Shown: positions 1 through 11,571 of the stretch, piece after piece | Position numbering within the stretch: the first letter of the stretch is position 1 | Layout of the letters: each line of letters starts with the position of its first letter | Origin: an uncultured bacterium | GTDB lineage: Bacteria; Desulfobacterota_D; UBA1144; Nemesobacterales; UBA2774 | Length of the DNA stretch: 64,000 nucleotides | NCBI GenBank assembly: GCA_963825135.1 | Contig: CAWGRW010000009.1 | Location: 608,001 to 672,000, forward strand | Reading direction: 5' to 3' | Made by a program: the position numbers and the translations under genes | The notes under the pieces: generated by a model | What the model was told of the DNA's origin: nothing | Database searches by the model: none | The model's input: only the letters and a program-made list of their open reading frames with translations

Positions 1-39
1 CACAAGGATAACTGCGGAATCGAGGGGTCGGAGAGGATA

Positions 40-2604
40 TTGTCTATTAGAGCTCTAATTATAGGATCGGACAGGGATTACTGCTACATCCTTAAGGAGT
101 TCCTGGCTCTGAGAGATCTCTACGTAACCGTAGTACTCAATTACAAAGAAGGGATGGACAGGCTCTTTTATGAAAAGCCCGATCTGGCTATTATCGAGGC
201 AACGGGGGGAGAGCCGATCGAGAGCCACCTGGAGACTTTAAAGAGCTCGGACGAATACGAGATCGCCGATTTCAATGACGGCGGGAGAATAAAACCCGGT
301 ACCAAAAACGTATTGGTTTTCGACGACAAAACACAAATCAACTCCCTCCTTGACTTCCTCAGGCGGGGTTACACGGACCGGCCCTCAGAACAGGCGGCCG
401 ACTCCGAAAACGAGGGGAGTCTCGGCTCAAAGTTCTATCCGAGCCTGCTTGTAGACATCTACAACAAGAAAAAAAGCGGAATCCTTTCTATTTTCTCGAA
501 CACCCGCTTTCTAATTTATTTTATTAACGGCAACCCCGTATTCGCGGAGGGCGGTGACATCGATACCGCCATAGGGAGGATACTCCTCGACAGCGGAAAG
601 ATTAATGAGGAGACCTATGAAAAAGCCGTAGACCTCGCGACGAAAAACAAGCAAAAATTCGGGCAGATACTCTTTGAAATGGGCATAACCTCGCCTCACG
701 AACTGAACAGCTTTCTGGAATTCCAGATACAGGAGAAAATAACAAAAGGGTTTCATTGCATTAACGGCAGATATGCATTTAAAAGCGGCGACGAATTTGT
801 GGACAGAATAGTTTCGTATCACATCGATTTATCAAAGGTCATCTACGAGGGCGTAAAAAGATATATAGATGCGGACAGGCTGGAAGAAATTAATCCTGTT
901 ATCGTAGTCGGCCCTAAACTAAGGAGTGATATTAACGGTCTCGGGCTCAAGCCCAAAGAACTCAGGTTCGTACAGCTCCTCAAGGAAAAATCGACAGTGA
1001 AAGAAGTGCTCGCAGGATCGAGGCTCGACAAGACCGAGGCGCTAAAGCTGCTATTTTTCTTATCGTTATACAAACTTCTGGACATTACCGGAATTTCTCC
1101 CGACATGTTCGGGAGGGATTCGATAGAGAAGCTCATAAGAGAAAGCGAGACAGCCGTCATAGGGAATGTAAGCCCGGACATTACAGCAGATTTCGAAAAC
1201 TTGTTCGGAGAATTGAAAGACCCGGAGTCAGGCCCCGAAACCGGAGACAGACCCGGCAACGGAGATAATGACCCAGATTTTAATATTCATTCCGGCGAGG
1301 AAGAAATCCCGCACGAGCCCGAACCCGAGATAGAAATAATGGCGGAGGGACGCAGTCAATCCGGGCCTTCGTCAGGCATGGACGAGGAAGATATGATGAC
1401 GGAGACCTCAACGGATGCCCTCCTTCCTGACGCACGGGGGGATGAGAGGAGCGAACCGGCTTTTTATGCAGCAGGCCCGGAAGAGGAAACCGCCCTTCAC
1501 CCGCCGGCAGCGGGAGAGTCACCGGAAGACGAAATCGGGCTCGAACTGAATCCCGTATCCGCAGAGCCCGATCATTCGAAAGGGACCGACCCGTTCGCAT
1601 GGTCCCGAGAGGAAAGCGCACTGTACAATAACGGCAGCCCCGAACCGGAATCAGGGCTGAGCGCCGATACGCCGGGCATTGCACGCGAGAATACAATAAC
1701 GGACCAGATAAACAGCCTTTTTCAACCCTATGTGGACGAAGGAGAAGACCAGGGAGACGATCCCGACAACTATCCCGCCGGGAACGAAGTCGAGTTTATG
1801 CCGCCCGGCGAGCCCTCAAATGCCGCATTCGAATGGGACGAGGCAACCCCCTCGGCCGGGAAATCGCACGCGGACGAATTTAGCGCGAGGGTAACGGAGT
1901 TCCTTGAGACGATAGAGCAAAAAGATCATTACGAGATTCTCGGCGTGTCCCGGGACGCCTCGACCGAGGAGATAAGAGACGCTTATTATAAGCTGGTTAA
2001 ATGTTATCACCCGGATGTCAACCCGAACGCGGACCATGACATGAGGGTGAAAGCGGAGGAAATTTTCAACAAAATCACGACCGCATACGAGGCCCTGTCT
2101 GAAACGGATAAGAGACAGCAGTATGACTCACACGAAGAGCTTTCGGTGCTCAAATCGCAGGCAAAATATATTTACGAAGCGGAAATGACCTTCAAGAAAG
2201 GTATTACCATGCTCGTACAGCGCGACTACGCGGAAGCGGAAAAGAAGTTCAGAGAGGCCGTGGGCATGAATCCCGACGAAGCCGCCTATTCAGGGGCGCT
2301 CGCCTGGGCCCGGTTTCTGGCGGCCGAAGATAAATCGGCGGTCCTGGAAGAGGTCAGGAATTCCCTGGAGATCGCCCTGAAGATGAACGACAAGATACCC
2401 GAGAATTATTATTACCTCGGATCCCTGTACAAGTTCAATAACGATCTGAGGAAGGCGGAGAGGTATTTTGAAAAGGCGATCGAGCTTGCGCCGGATTATA
2501 TTGAGGCGAAGAGAGAGATACGCCTTATAAAGAACCGGAAAACAACCGCCAAGAATGACAAAAAGATCGAAAAAAACTTCTGGTCCAGCTTGTTTAAAAA
2601 GTGA
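40..2604 (+). CDS. Multidomain J-domain protein: degenerate receiver, DUF4388-like domain, acidic linker, DnaJ domain, TPRs
   Basis: J-domain DHYEILGV...YHPD; C-terminal TPR-like helices; receiver-like N-terminus (KPDLAIIE); DUF4388-like segment (KKSGILSI...IYFINGNPVFA...IGRILL). Confidence 0.75.
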   Translation: MSIRALIIGSDRDYCYILKEFLALRDLYVTVVLNYKEGMDRLFYEKPDLAIIEATGGEPIESHLETLKSSDEYEIADFNDGGRIKPGTKNVLVFDDKTQINSLLDFLRRGYTDRPSEQAADSENEGSLGSKFYPSLLVDIYNKKKSGILSIFSNTRFLIYFINGNPVFAEGGDIDTAIGRILLDSGKINEETYEKAVDLATKNKQKFGQILFEMGITSPHELNSFLEFQIQEKITKGFHCINGRYAFKSGDEFVDRIVSYHIDLSKVIYEGVKRYIDADRLEEINPVIVVGPKLRSDINGLGLKPKELRFVQLLKEKSTVKEVLAGSRLDKTEALKLLFFLSLYKLLDITGISPDMFGRDSIEKLIRESETAVIGNVSPDITADFENLFGELKDPESGPETGDRPGNGDNDPDFNIHSGEEEIPHEPEPEIEIMAEGRSQSGPSSGMDEEDMMTETSTDALLPDARGDERSEPAFYAAGPEEETALHPPAAGESPEDEIGLELNPVSAEPDHSKGTDPFAWSREESALYNNGSPEPESGLSADTPGIARENTITDQINSLFQPYVDEGEDQGDDPDNYPAGNEVEFMPPGEPSNAAFEWDEATPSAGKSHADEFSARVTEFLETIEQKDHYEILGVSRDASTEEIRDAYYKLVKCYHPDVNPNADHDMRVKAEEIFNKITTAYEALSETDKRQQYDSHEELSVLKSQAKYIYEAEMTFKKGITMLVQRDYAEAEKKFREAVGMNPDEAAYSGALAWARFLAAEDKSAVLEEVRNSLEIALKMNDKIPENYYYLGSLYKFNNDLRKAERYFEKAIELAPDYIEAKREIRLIKNRKTTAKNDKKIEKNFWSSLFKK

Positions 2605-2701
2605 TTATTTACACTTCCCCGGATTTGCCGTAAACCGTTTTATTGCTTCGGATATTTACTTTTTTTAAACTTTTGATTATCTTGACTCAATAGATTAGGC
2701 G

Positions 2702-5700
2702 ATGAAAATCAAATCCCTGGAAATTACCGGCTTCAAATCATTCTACGATAAGACCCGTATTAATTTTGACTTGCGCCTGAGCGCGATTGTCGGCCCCAAC
2801 GGCTGCGGCAAATCAAACGTGCTCGACGCCATCAGGTGGATACTCGGCGAGCAGAACCCCAGACAGCTGAGAGCGAACGTCATGGAAGAGGTGATTTCAA
2901 ACGGGAGCGAGTTTCTGAAGCCGCTCGGAATGGCCGAAGTCTCTCTCCTCATGGAGAACGTCCCAAGCTACAATTTCGAGCAGGTCGAGATAAAACGCCG
3001 TATATTCCGCTCGGGGGAGACCGAGTACTTTCTGAACGGCGTACCTTGCAGGCTCAAGGACATCACCGATATATTCATCGACACGGGCTCGGGGGCCAGG
3101 GCTTATTCGGTTATCGGCCAGGGCAGAGTGGACCAGTTGATAACGGCCAAGCCCGAGGAAAAAAGGACCCTCATAGAAGAGGTAGCCGGCATCAGGAGAT
3201 ACAAGATCAGGCGAAGGGAAACCGAGACGCGCATAAAAACGACGAGGGAGAACCTGAGTCGCGTAAAGGACATGACAAATGAAGTAAAACGCCAGATGGA
3301 CACGCTGAGCCTTCAGGCAAAGCACGCCGGGGAATTCAGGGAGTTATCGGAGGAGTCGAGGAGGCTCGAAGCCGGGATACTGAGGGCGCGGCTGGAGAGA
3401 CTGGAAAAAAAGAAGAACATCGTAATCGAGGAAAAAGCAGCGGTCGAACAGTCGATAGCCGGCTCCGAGGAGGAGACCATACGGGTCGTCAACCTCATAA
3501 AGAAATTAAATAATCAGTCCATTGTCACCGACGAGAAAATCAGAGAGCTGGAAAGCGACATCTACAGGACGAGAACCGACCTCCAGTCAAAAATATCCTC
3601 ACAGGAGCTTATCAAGTCCGAAATCTCCAGCATCGAGCGGTTCATCGAGAAGATAGAGAGTGAATCGGTATTGCTCGGAGGCGAACGTCAGAACCTGGCG
3701 GCGCAGACCGACATTAAAAAAGGCGCCCTCGACGAGGTCAGACTCGAATTACACAAAGAGAAGGCGGAGATAGAAGACAACGAGAGAAAACTCTCGGCCA
3801 TCAAGGCGGGCTTCGCCGCCATCCGCACGGAGCATCAGGAAGTGAGGGCAGCCCTCTTCAGGACCCTCGACGAGTACAGCTCCCTGAAAGGCGCGGCGCT
3901 CGGCTATGAAAAGGAATTAAGGGATCTCTATGCGAAAAAAGAGGTAATCGAGAAAGAGCTCGCGGAAATAGAGCTGGAGAGAAGAGCCGCCAGCAGAGGA
4001 AATCTCGAGACTGGAGCTGACCCTCGCGGAAAACGAGGCTAAAAAGCAGCGCATTTTCGAATCCAGGGACAGACTGACGGCGACTCTTTCGTCCCTGAGC
4101 GAGCTCCAGACGGCAAAACGGGACGAGCACGACGGGCTTCTGGAACGGCTCAACGAGAACGCCTCGAGACTTACGGTGCTTAACCAGATACAGGCTAACT
4201 ATGAATGGCTTCCCGAAGGAATAAGGAACTTCATTCTGGAGCACAAGGGAAACGGGGTGCTCGGGACCGTTTCCGATTTTATTTCCGTCCCGGAGGGCTA
4301 CGAGAGGGCCGTCGAAGCGGTGCTCGGTGATAAGATCAAATGGATTCTCGTCGAAGAGAACACTCAGGCCCTAAGCGCCGTAGATTCCCTGAGACAGCAC
4401 TCACTCGGGAGGGGGACGTTCGTCTCGGCCGAAGGGGATGCATACTTCGCAGGCTCAAACGGCCGCCCTGCCAACTCAAAGCCGCTCTCGGAGGTAGTGA
4501 GCCTCGACGCCAAGCTGGGCACCATAGAGAACCAGCTAAAGAACGTGTATATGGTTTCGACGCTGGGCGAAGGACTGAGACTGCGGTCCGAAACAGGCGG
4601 AGGGGCCTCGTTTGTCACCGCCGAAGGCGATTACCTGCACCCTGACGGGGCGATCTCGGGCGGCACGGCTCAGCCCGGAGTACTCGAAAGGAAAAGGGAA
4701 ATCGAGAACCTTAAAATCGTAATCGGAGCCCTCCAGAACGACATCGACAAACTGTCCCTCGAGATTGAGGCGAACGATCTGGAGATAAAGGGCTTAAACT
4801 CCGGAATCAAGGGACATGAGAGCGAGCTGGTCGAGACCGGCATTGTGGATGCCGAGACCAGGAAAGACATACTTAATTTCAGGAACAACCTCGAGAAGCT
4901 TGAGAGACGGATCGAGATAATCAACCAGAATCTCACGAAAACAGGTGTGGAAACCGACGAGAAGCTGCGGCTCATGGACGAAACCAGGGCGGTAATAACG
5001 CGGCTCGATTCGGAGAAATCGGTCCTCGAGCAAAAGTTCGGCGAAGTCGAGGGGAAGATTCAAAAGGCGGAGGAGGAAGAGCGGGGAGTCGAAAGGGAGA
5101 TCGCCGAGAAAAGGGTCAAGTGCGCCTCTCTGCTCGAGAGGGAAGTAAGCCTCATCGAGGATCTGAGCGAGCTCGAAAGAAGAATAAACGATATCGATAA
5201 CCGCCTCGATCTCGAATCCCGGAATATCGAGGAGAAAAAACAGGAGAAGCTCGGCTTCATCGAGAAAGACAGGTATACGGTTGAGGAGATAAGCGGTATA
5301 AACAGGGTCGTCGCCGAAAACGAAGAGAGGCTCCTGGGGATGAAAGGCGAAAGGAGCGGCATCGTCGAGGAGTCCAGGGCAGCGAACGAGAACAGGGAAA
5401 GCCTGAATGCGCTCCTCTCGGACCTGAGATTAAAAAACAATTCCCTGGAGCTCGACCTCAACAGCCTCCAGATCGAGGCGGAGAACATCAGCGATATAAT
5501 GGAAAGGAGCAACCTCTCCGATGTTATCTCGGCCCTGGCCGCGGCCGGAGAGTCCACGGATATAAATCTCCGCGAAGAAGAAGTCAGGTTGAGGAAACTG
5601 CAGGCGCAGATCGAGAAATTCGGGCCTGTGAACCTGCTGGCTCCCGAAGAGTACAATAAGCTCGAAGAAAGGTATAAGTTCCTGGACGAGCAGATGGAGG

Positions 5701-6212
5701 ACCTGAATCAGGCCCTTAATTCGCTCGGCAAGGCCATAAGCAAGATCGACAAAGAGTCCGAAAAGAGGTTCAGAGAAACCTTTGATCTGATGGACCAAAA
5801 ATTCCAGGAGATATTCAGCCGCCTCTTCAGGGGCGGGGAAGGCAAATTGGTGCTGACCGAGCCCGAAGACATGCTGGAATCCGGGGTGGAGGTAATGGTC
5901 AGGCCGAGGGGTAAAAAATTTCAATCCATAACACTCCTTTCGGGGGGTGAAAAGGCCTTGTCGGCAATCGCGCTGATAATAGCCGCCTGTCTTATTAAGC
6001 CCGCCCCGTTCCTTCTATTCGACGAAATAGACGCACCGCTAGACGACAGGAACACGTCCTATTTTATCGACCTTGTTAAAGAAATAGATAATAATTCGCA
6101 GGTGATACTGATAACTCATAACAAGAAAAGCATGCAGGAAGTAAACTCCCTCATCGGCATAACGTCCAATAAGACAGGGACTTCGACGGTCGTTTCCGTC
6201 GAGCTTAACTAA
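2702..6212 (+). CDS. smc: Chromosome segregation protein SMC, split by a 1-nt frameshift near 3990 (ORFs 2702-4042 and 4176-6212)
   Basis: GFKSF, Walker A GPNGCGKSN, hinge-like region, LSGGEK signature, LFDEIDAPLD; coiled-coil sequence AEEISRLEL... continues in the shifted frame from ~3993. Confidence 0.93.
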
Positions 6213-6356
6213 ACCCGCTGCAAAAGACCGATATATCAATAATGAGTTTGAATCCGATAAATGGTCGGACCGGCGTATAAATAAGCAAAATTTGTGATGA
6301 CCGGGTTTTACACTTATACTTTTATCGGTTCTTAAGTTTTGGAGGGTTGTTAGAAT

Positions 6357-9215
6357 ATGATTTCTTATATAATGAAGAAGATTATAGGTTCCCAGAACGA
6401 CAGGGAGATCAAAAGACTCGGTGCGATCGTCGACGAGGTCAATGAATTTGAGAATGAATTCAAATCACTCCACAATAACGCCTTTGCACTGAAAACCGAG
6501 GAGTTCAAGGAAAAAATAAAGAACAGTCTCAACGGAAACGGCGATCCGGCGGACGAAGAGCATTACGGCAAACTCGAAGAAACGGTGCTCGACATACTCC
6601 CCGAAGCCTTCGCTCTCGTAAGGGAGGCGTCGCGCAGGACCCTGGGGATGCGCCCCTTCGACGTCCAGCTCGTAGGCGGCCTCGTGCTCCACATGGGCAG
6701 AATTGCCGAAATGAAAACAGGGGAAGGAAAAACTCTTGTCGCGGCTTTACCCCTGTATGTCAACGGAATTACCGGCCTCGGCGCGCACCTCGTAACCGTG
6801 AACGACTACCTGGCCAGACGCGACGCGATGTGGATGGGGCCCATATATAAGCTGCTCGGATTGAATATAGGCGTTATCAACCACGAGATTTCCTATCTGG
6901 TAGAGTGGGAAGACCCGGCCAGGGCTCAGCACGCGATAGACAGCAACATGAGCGTATGGCCCCATGAATATTCGGATATGGAGATCCCCCCCGAGAAGAA
7001 CCTCGACGTGCTCGCCTACTTCAAGACCAAACTCGTCGAGTGCTCGAGAAAGGAAGCCTACAGGGCCCATGCGACCTACGGGACGAATAACGAATTCGGG
7101 TTCGACTACCTGAGGGACAACATGAAGTTCTCTCTGAACGATTACGTCCAGCGGGAACACCACTATGGCATCGTCGACGAAGTGGACAGCATATTGATCG
7201 ACGAAGCCAGGACCCCGCTTATCATATCGGGCCCGTCCGAGGAATCGACACAGCTCTACTACGATATCAACAACGTGGTCATAAAACTCAAGAACGAGGT
7301 CGATTTCACGCTTGACGAAAAGACGCGGCAGGTCACTCCCAACGAGGAAGGGTCCAACAAGGTCGAAAAGGCGCTCGGCATAAGCAACGTCTATGACCCC
7401 GCCAACCTTGAGATCCTCCATCATGTCATACAGGGCCTGCGCGCGCATCACCTCTTCCATAGAGACGTCGACTACATGGTCAAGGACGGAAAGGTCATCA
7501 TCGTCGACGAATTCACGGGCAGGCTGATGCCCGGCAGAAGGTGGAGCGACGGCCTCCATCAGGCGATCGAGGCCAAAGAGGACGTCGAGATAGAGAACGA
7601 GAACCAGACCCTCGCGACGATAACCATTCAGAACTATTTCAGGATGTACAGGAAGCTCGCCGGGATGACGGGAACCGCGGACACGGAGGCCTTCGAGTTC
7701 AAGAATATCTACGACCTCGACGTGAACGTCGTACCGACGAATAAACCCATGATCAGGGCCGACAGGAACGACTCCGTTTACAAATCGGAAAGAGAGAAAT
7801 TTGGCGCCGTGGCCGAGGAGATAAAAGAATTCTACGGAAAGGGGCGGCCCGTACTGGTCGGCACGACGTCCATCGAGAAATCGGAAAGGCTCTCGGGCAT
7901 ATTACAGAAGCTCCGTATCCCCCACCAGGTACTAAACGCCAAACAGCATGAGAACGAAGCGGAGATCGTGGCCCAGGCCGGAAGGATAGGAGGCGTAACG
8001 ATAGCGACGAATATGGCCGGCAGGGGCACGGACATCATTCTCGGCGGCAATCACGAATACCTCGCGAGGGACCTGCTCAAAAAGAAATTCAGGATCGATC
8101 CTCACGAAGCGCTCCCCGAGCAGTTCGAGGAGGCCATGCTGGAGGCCCGTTCCGTCTGCGAGGACGAGAAAAAAAGGGTGCTCGAGCTGGGAGGTCTCCA
8201 CATCATCGGCACAGAGAGGCACGAATCGAGAAGGATCGACAACCAGCTGAGAGGAAGGTCCGGCAGGCAGGGCGACCCCGGCTCCTCACGGTTCTTCGTG
8301 TCCCTCGAAGACGACCTCATGAGGATATTCGCGTCAGAGACGATAACGAAGATCATGGACAAGCTCGGATGGGAAGAGGGCGAGCCGATTGAGCATAAGA
8401 TGATCTCGCGCTCCATCGAGAACGCCCAGAAAAAGGTCGAGGGCAGGAACTTCGATATAAGAAAGCACCTGCTGGACTATGACGACGTGCTCAACAAGCA
8501 AAGAGAGGTCATATACAGAAAAAGAAGGGAGTTCCTCGGCGGCGGGGAGAGCCTGAGGGACAACCTCTACGAAATGGCGGACGAAGTCATTGCCGATGTG
8601 GTTGAAGAGGCGGTCCCGGAAAAAGGGAGATCGGATGAGGAGGATTTAAGCGATCTGAAGGAGGCCGTCTACGCTTCGTTCAACATACATATCGAGCCCG
8701 AAGAACTGGCTCCGGCCGGGGCGAAGAGAGAAGCTGTCGCAGAATTCATACAAAAGAAAGTACATGAGTATTACGAGACGAAAGAAGGCGAAATTACGTC
8801 TGAAACCATGAGGCAGATCGAAAGATACGTCATGCTCCAGACGCTCGATTTCCTCTGGAAAGACCACCTGCTGAACATGGACCACCTGCGGGAAGGCATA
8901 GGGCTCAGAGGTTACGCCCAGAGGGACCCGCTCCACGAATACAAGCGCGAAGGGTTCGAGATGTTCTCTTCCCTGATAGACCGCCTTTCCTATGACGTTT
9001 GCGAAAAGCTTTTCAGGGTACAGCCCGTAAGCGAAACCGACATGGAGAGGCTCGAGAGGAAGAGGAGAAACGAACAGCAGCGCATGACTTTGAGCAGGGG
9101 CGAGGAAGAAGCGAGCAAGAAACCCGTCAAGAGGCACGATAAGAAGGTAGGGAGAAACGACCCCTGCCCTTGCGGCAGCGGCAAGAAGTATAAAAGATGC
9201 TGCGGTGTCGCGTAG
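6357..9215 (+). CDS. secA: Preprotein translocase subunit SecA
   Basis: [40 protein letters not shown]-terminal [18 protein letters not shown]. Confidence 0.99.
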   Translation: MISYIMKKIIGSQNDREIKRLGAIVDEVNEFENEFKSLHNNAFALKTEEFKEKIKNSLNGNGDPADEEHYGKLEETVLDILPEAFALVREASRRTLGMRPFDVQLVGGLVLHMGRIAEMKTGEGKTLVAALPLYVNGITGLGAHLVTVNDYLARRDAMWMGPIYKLLGLNIGVINHEISYLVEWEDPARAQHAIDSNMSVWPHEYSDMEIPPEKNLDVLAYFKTKLVECSRKEAYRAHATYGTNNEFGFDYLRDNMKFSLNDYVQREHHYGIVDEVDSILIDEARTPLIISGPSEESTQLYYDINNVVIKLKNEVDFTLDEKTRQVTPNEEGSNKVEKALGISNVYDPANLEILHHVIQGLRAHHLFHRDVDYMVKDGKVIIVDEFTGRLMPGRRWSDGLHQAIEAKEDVEIENENQTLATITIQNYFRMYRKLAGMTGTADTEAFEFKNIYDLDVNVVPTNKPMIRADRNDSVYKSEREKFGAVAEEIKEFYGKGRPVLVGTTSIEKSERLSGILQKLRIPHQVLNAKQHENEAEIVAQAGRIGGVTIATNMAGRGTDIILGGNHEYLARDLLKKKFRIDPHEALPEQFEEAMLEARSVCEDEKKRVLELGGLHIIGTERHESRRIDNQLRGRSGRQGDPGSSRFFVSLEDDLMRIFASETITKIMDKLGWEEGEPIEHKMISRSIENAQKKVEGRNFDIRKHLLDYDDVLNKQREVIYRKRREFLGGGESLRDNLYEMADEVIADVVEEAVPEKGRSDEEDLSDLKEAVYASFNIHIEPEELAPAGAKREAVAEFIQKKVHEYYETKEGEITSETMRQIERYVMLQTLDFLWKDHLLNMDHLREGIGLRGYAQRDPLHEYKREGFEMFSSLIDRLSYDVCEKLFRVQPVSETDMERLERKRRNEQQRMTLSRGEEEASKKPVKRHDKKVGRNDPCPCGSGKKYKRCCGVA

Positions 9216-9226
9216 GGGGTCCCCGG

Positions 9227-10168
9227 TTGGAACAGTCCGACTTCACCGGCAAGATCAGGCGCCTCGAAGCAAATATCGGCGGCGTAATCAAGGGGAAGCC
9301 CGAAATAATAAAAACAGCGATAGTGGCGCTGCTTTCCAGGTCGCATATGCTGATAGAAGACGTCCCCGGCGTGGGGAAGACGACCCTGGCACATGCCCTG
9401 GCAAGGTCTACGGACCTCTCGTTCAAGAGGATCCAGTTCACGAGCGACCTGCTGCCTTCCGATATTCTCGGGGTCTCGGTGCTCGAGCAGTCCACAGGGA
9501 ATTTCATATTCAAACCGGGCCCTATATTCGCGAACATAGTCCTAGCAGACGAGATAAACAGGGCCACTCCGAAAACCCAGAGCGCCCTCCTCGAGGCAAT
9601 GAACGAGGCGAAGGTAACCATGGACGGGACCGTCCGGGACCTGCCGAAACCCTTTATGGTGATAGCGACTCAAAACCCATTCGAATACAAGGGCACGTTC
9701 CCGCTCCCCGAAAACCAGCTCGACAGGTTCGCAATGAGGATCGGCATAGGGTATCCCGACAGGGAGAGCGAGAGGCGGATACTCTCGACGTCGAGCGCAG
9801 CGAACTCCTGGGAGAGCATAAACCCCGTAATATCGAAGGAAGAGGTCGTATCGCTTCAGGAATTATCGGAGAAAGTCAGGACGGACGATTCGATACTGGA
9901 CTACATTCTCGCGATAGTAACGGAGACCCGGAACCCGGGGATGTTCGAGCTCGGGGTCAGTCCGAGGGGCGCATTAGCTCTCAAGAGCGCCTCTCAGTCG
10001 CACGCGCTCACCGAGGGGAGGACATACTGTACCCCGGAGGACGTAAAGACAATGGCAGTCCCGGTCTTGGCGCACAGAGTGATAATCCGGAACGAACGCA
10101 GTATGGGGACGGGGGGAGAGGAGGAAGCGATAGAAGAGGCCCTCCGGAAAGTGAAAGTGCCGATTTAG
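9227..10168 (+). CDS. MoxR-family AAA+ ATPase
   Basis: EDVPGVGKT, RIQFTSDLLPSD, LADEINRATPKTQSALLEAM; likely TTG start at 9227 after AGGGGG. Confidence 0.93.
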   Translation: MEQSDFTGKIRRLEANIGGVIKGKPEIIKTAIVALLSRSHMLIEDVPGVGKTTLAHALARSTDLSFKRIQFTSDLLPSDILGVSVLEQSTGNFIFKPGPIFANIVLADEINRATPKTQSALLEAMNEAKVTMDGTVRDLPKPFMVIATQNPFEYKGTFPLPENQLDRFAMRIGIGYPDRESERRILSTSSAANSWESINPVISKEEVVSLQELSEKVRTDDSILDYILAIVTETRNPGMFELGVSPRGALALKSASQSHALTEGRTYCTPEDVKTMAVPVLAHRVIIRNERSMGTGGEEEAIEEALRKVKVPI

Positions 10169-10244
10169 ACCCCTGTTTGCCCTAAGAGCATGGTAGACTA
10201 TATAAAGAACATTTAATCTTTAAGCCCGCGCTGCGGAGGTAAAA

Positions 10245-10520
10245 ATGAACCCCAGACCGAAAATTTACTTTTATCAGGGCAAGCCGCCGGCATATTTGAT
10301 ACCGCTCATCCTTTTATTGGGTATCGTGGTGCTCGCAATACTCCTGTTATTCGGGTTCTTTCTTGGAATCGCTGTCGGAGTCGCGCTCATTATATTCGGC
10401 GTCATGAGACTTTTCTCCTCAAACAGCAAGAAGAAATTCAGGACCGTCGACCAAAACGGCAGAACGACTATTATCCTCGACAAGGAAGACTACGAGGTCA
10501 TAGAAAAAGGTAAGAAATAA
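10245..10520 (+). CDS. Small hypothetical membrane protein
   Basis: GGAGG RBS, long hydrophobic stretch, basic C-terminus. Confidence 0.7.
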   Translation: MNPRPKIYFYQGKPPAYLIPLILLLGIVVLAILLLFGFFLGIAVGVALIIFGVMRLFSSNSKKKFRTVDQNGRTTIILDKEDYEVIEKGKK

Positions 10521-10525
10521 TAATT

Positions 10526-10804
10526 TTACGAAAGAGCGTCGATTTCCCCGGCGAGCTTAAAATCCTTTTCGGTCAATCCGCCTTTGCTGTGCGTCGATAG
10601 AGTCAAAGTCACGTTCTTATACTGGATAAGGATATCCGGATGGTGGTCGGCCTTCTCCGCGAGTATGGCCACCTTATTCACGAAGCCGACCGATTCGACG
10701 AAGTTTTTGTTCCTGTAAACCCTGACGATCTCATTCCCCTTTCTCTCCCAGCCGTGCAGTCCTCTGAGACCCTCTTCTATTTCAGCATCGGATAACAGCG
10801 CCAT
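10526..10804 (-). CDS. phhB: Pterin-4-alpha-carbinolamine dehydratase
   Basis: AEKADHHPDI and LSTHSKGGLTEKD motifs. Confidence 0.92.
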   Translation of the reverse strand: MALLSDAEIEEGLRGLHGWERKGNEIVRVYRNKNFVESVGFVNKVAILAEKADHHPDILIQYKNVTLTLSTHSKGGLTEKDFKLAGEIDALS

Positions 10805-10879
10805 GTCGTCTTACCCCCCTTCACATTAGTTTATGGAGGGCGGATGGATAGTCAAAAAAATGTCAATTAAACTTAACCC

Positions 10880-11383
10880 ATGCCAAGGGTAATTATCGGT
10901 GTCGGGTCCAACATGGGAGACAGGCTCCGGAATTGTATAACAGCGCTTAGAGAGATCTCGGCCTTTGCCGAGATTTTAAAAGTGTCCTCGGCATACGAAA
11001 CGGAGCCCGTCGGGAACGAGGACCAGCCCGATTTCATAAACTGCGCGGCGGAGATAGAAACCGCGCTCCCGCCGCAGGACCTTCTCAAGCGCGTGCGGGA
11101 AGTGGAAGAAAAACTGGGCCGGGTCAGGGACGCGAGATGGGGACCGAGGACGATAGACGTCGATTTAATTTTCTACGACGAGCTCACGCTCGATACCGCG
11201 GATTTAAAATTGCCCCATCCCCGGGCTCACTTGAGAAGGTTCGTGCTCGTGCCCGTCTCCGAAATAACGCCCGGCAAGGTTCACCCCGGCTGCGGGGTAA
11301 CGGTCAGAGAGCTGTGCGAGAGACTCGGGGACGGGAAATCGGTTAAAAAAGTCTATCCGCCGTCCACACTATTTCCACAGTAA
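10880..11383 (+). CDS. folK: 2-amino-4-hydroxy-6-hydroxymethyldihydropteridine diphosphokinase
   Basis: GVGSNMGD, YETEP, RWGPRTIDVD, LPHPR, RRFVLVP. Confidence 0.97.
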   Translation: MPRVIIGVGSNMGDRLRNCITALREISAFAEILKVSSAYETEPVGNEDQPDFINCAAEIETALPPQDLLKRVREVEEKLGRVRDARWGPRTIDVDLIFYDELTLDTADLKLPHPRAHLRRFVLVPVSEITPGKVHPGCGVTVRELCERLGDGKSVKKVYPPSTLFPQ

Positions 11384-11556
11384 TCCACACCCTGTCAACA
11401 GCCGCGGAACAGGATAACAAGAATTTTCTCAACAGGGATTTTAATAATTTTGGGAATAAATATTGTTGTGGCAAGAGGCAATTAGGCGGGTTTCACGCCG
11501 GCATTGCGCACATCTTGTGGATAAACGGCATCAGTTCCATGCACTGATTGTCCACA
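11360..11556. promoter_or_regulatory. DnaA-box cluster with AT-rich core (oriC candidate)
   Basis: Perfect TGTGGATAA at 11516-11524; near-consensus boxes at 11371, 11381, 11451 and 11548; weaker boxes at 11360, 11392, 11426, 11467 and 11504; AT-rich 11438-11464. Confidence 0.6.
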
Positions 11557-11571
11557 GACATTGCCTGAACT

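Noticed and set aside
3980..4042. Programmed frameshift or true pseudogene in smc
   Set aside because: No slippery sequence at the shift, and similar single-base indels affect many unrelated genes in the window.
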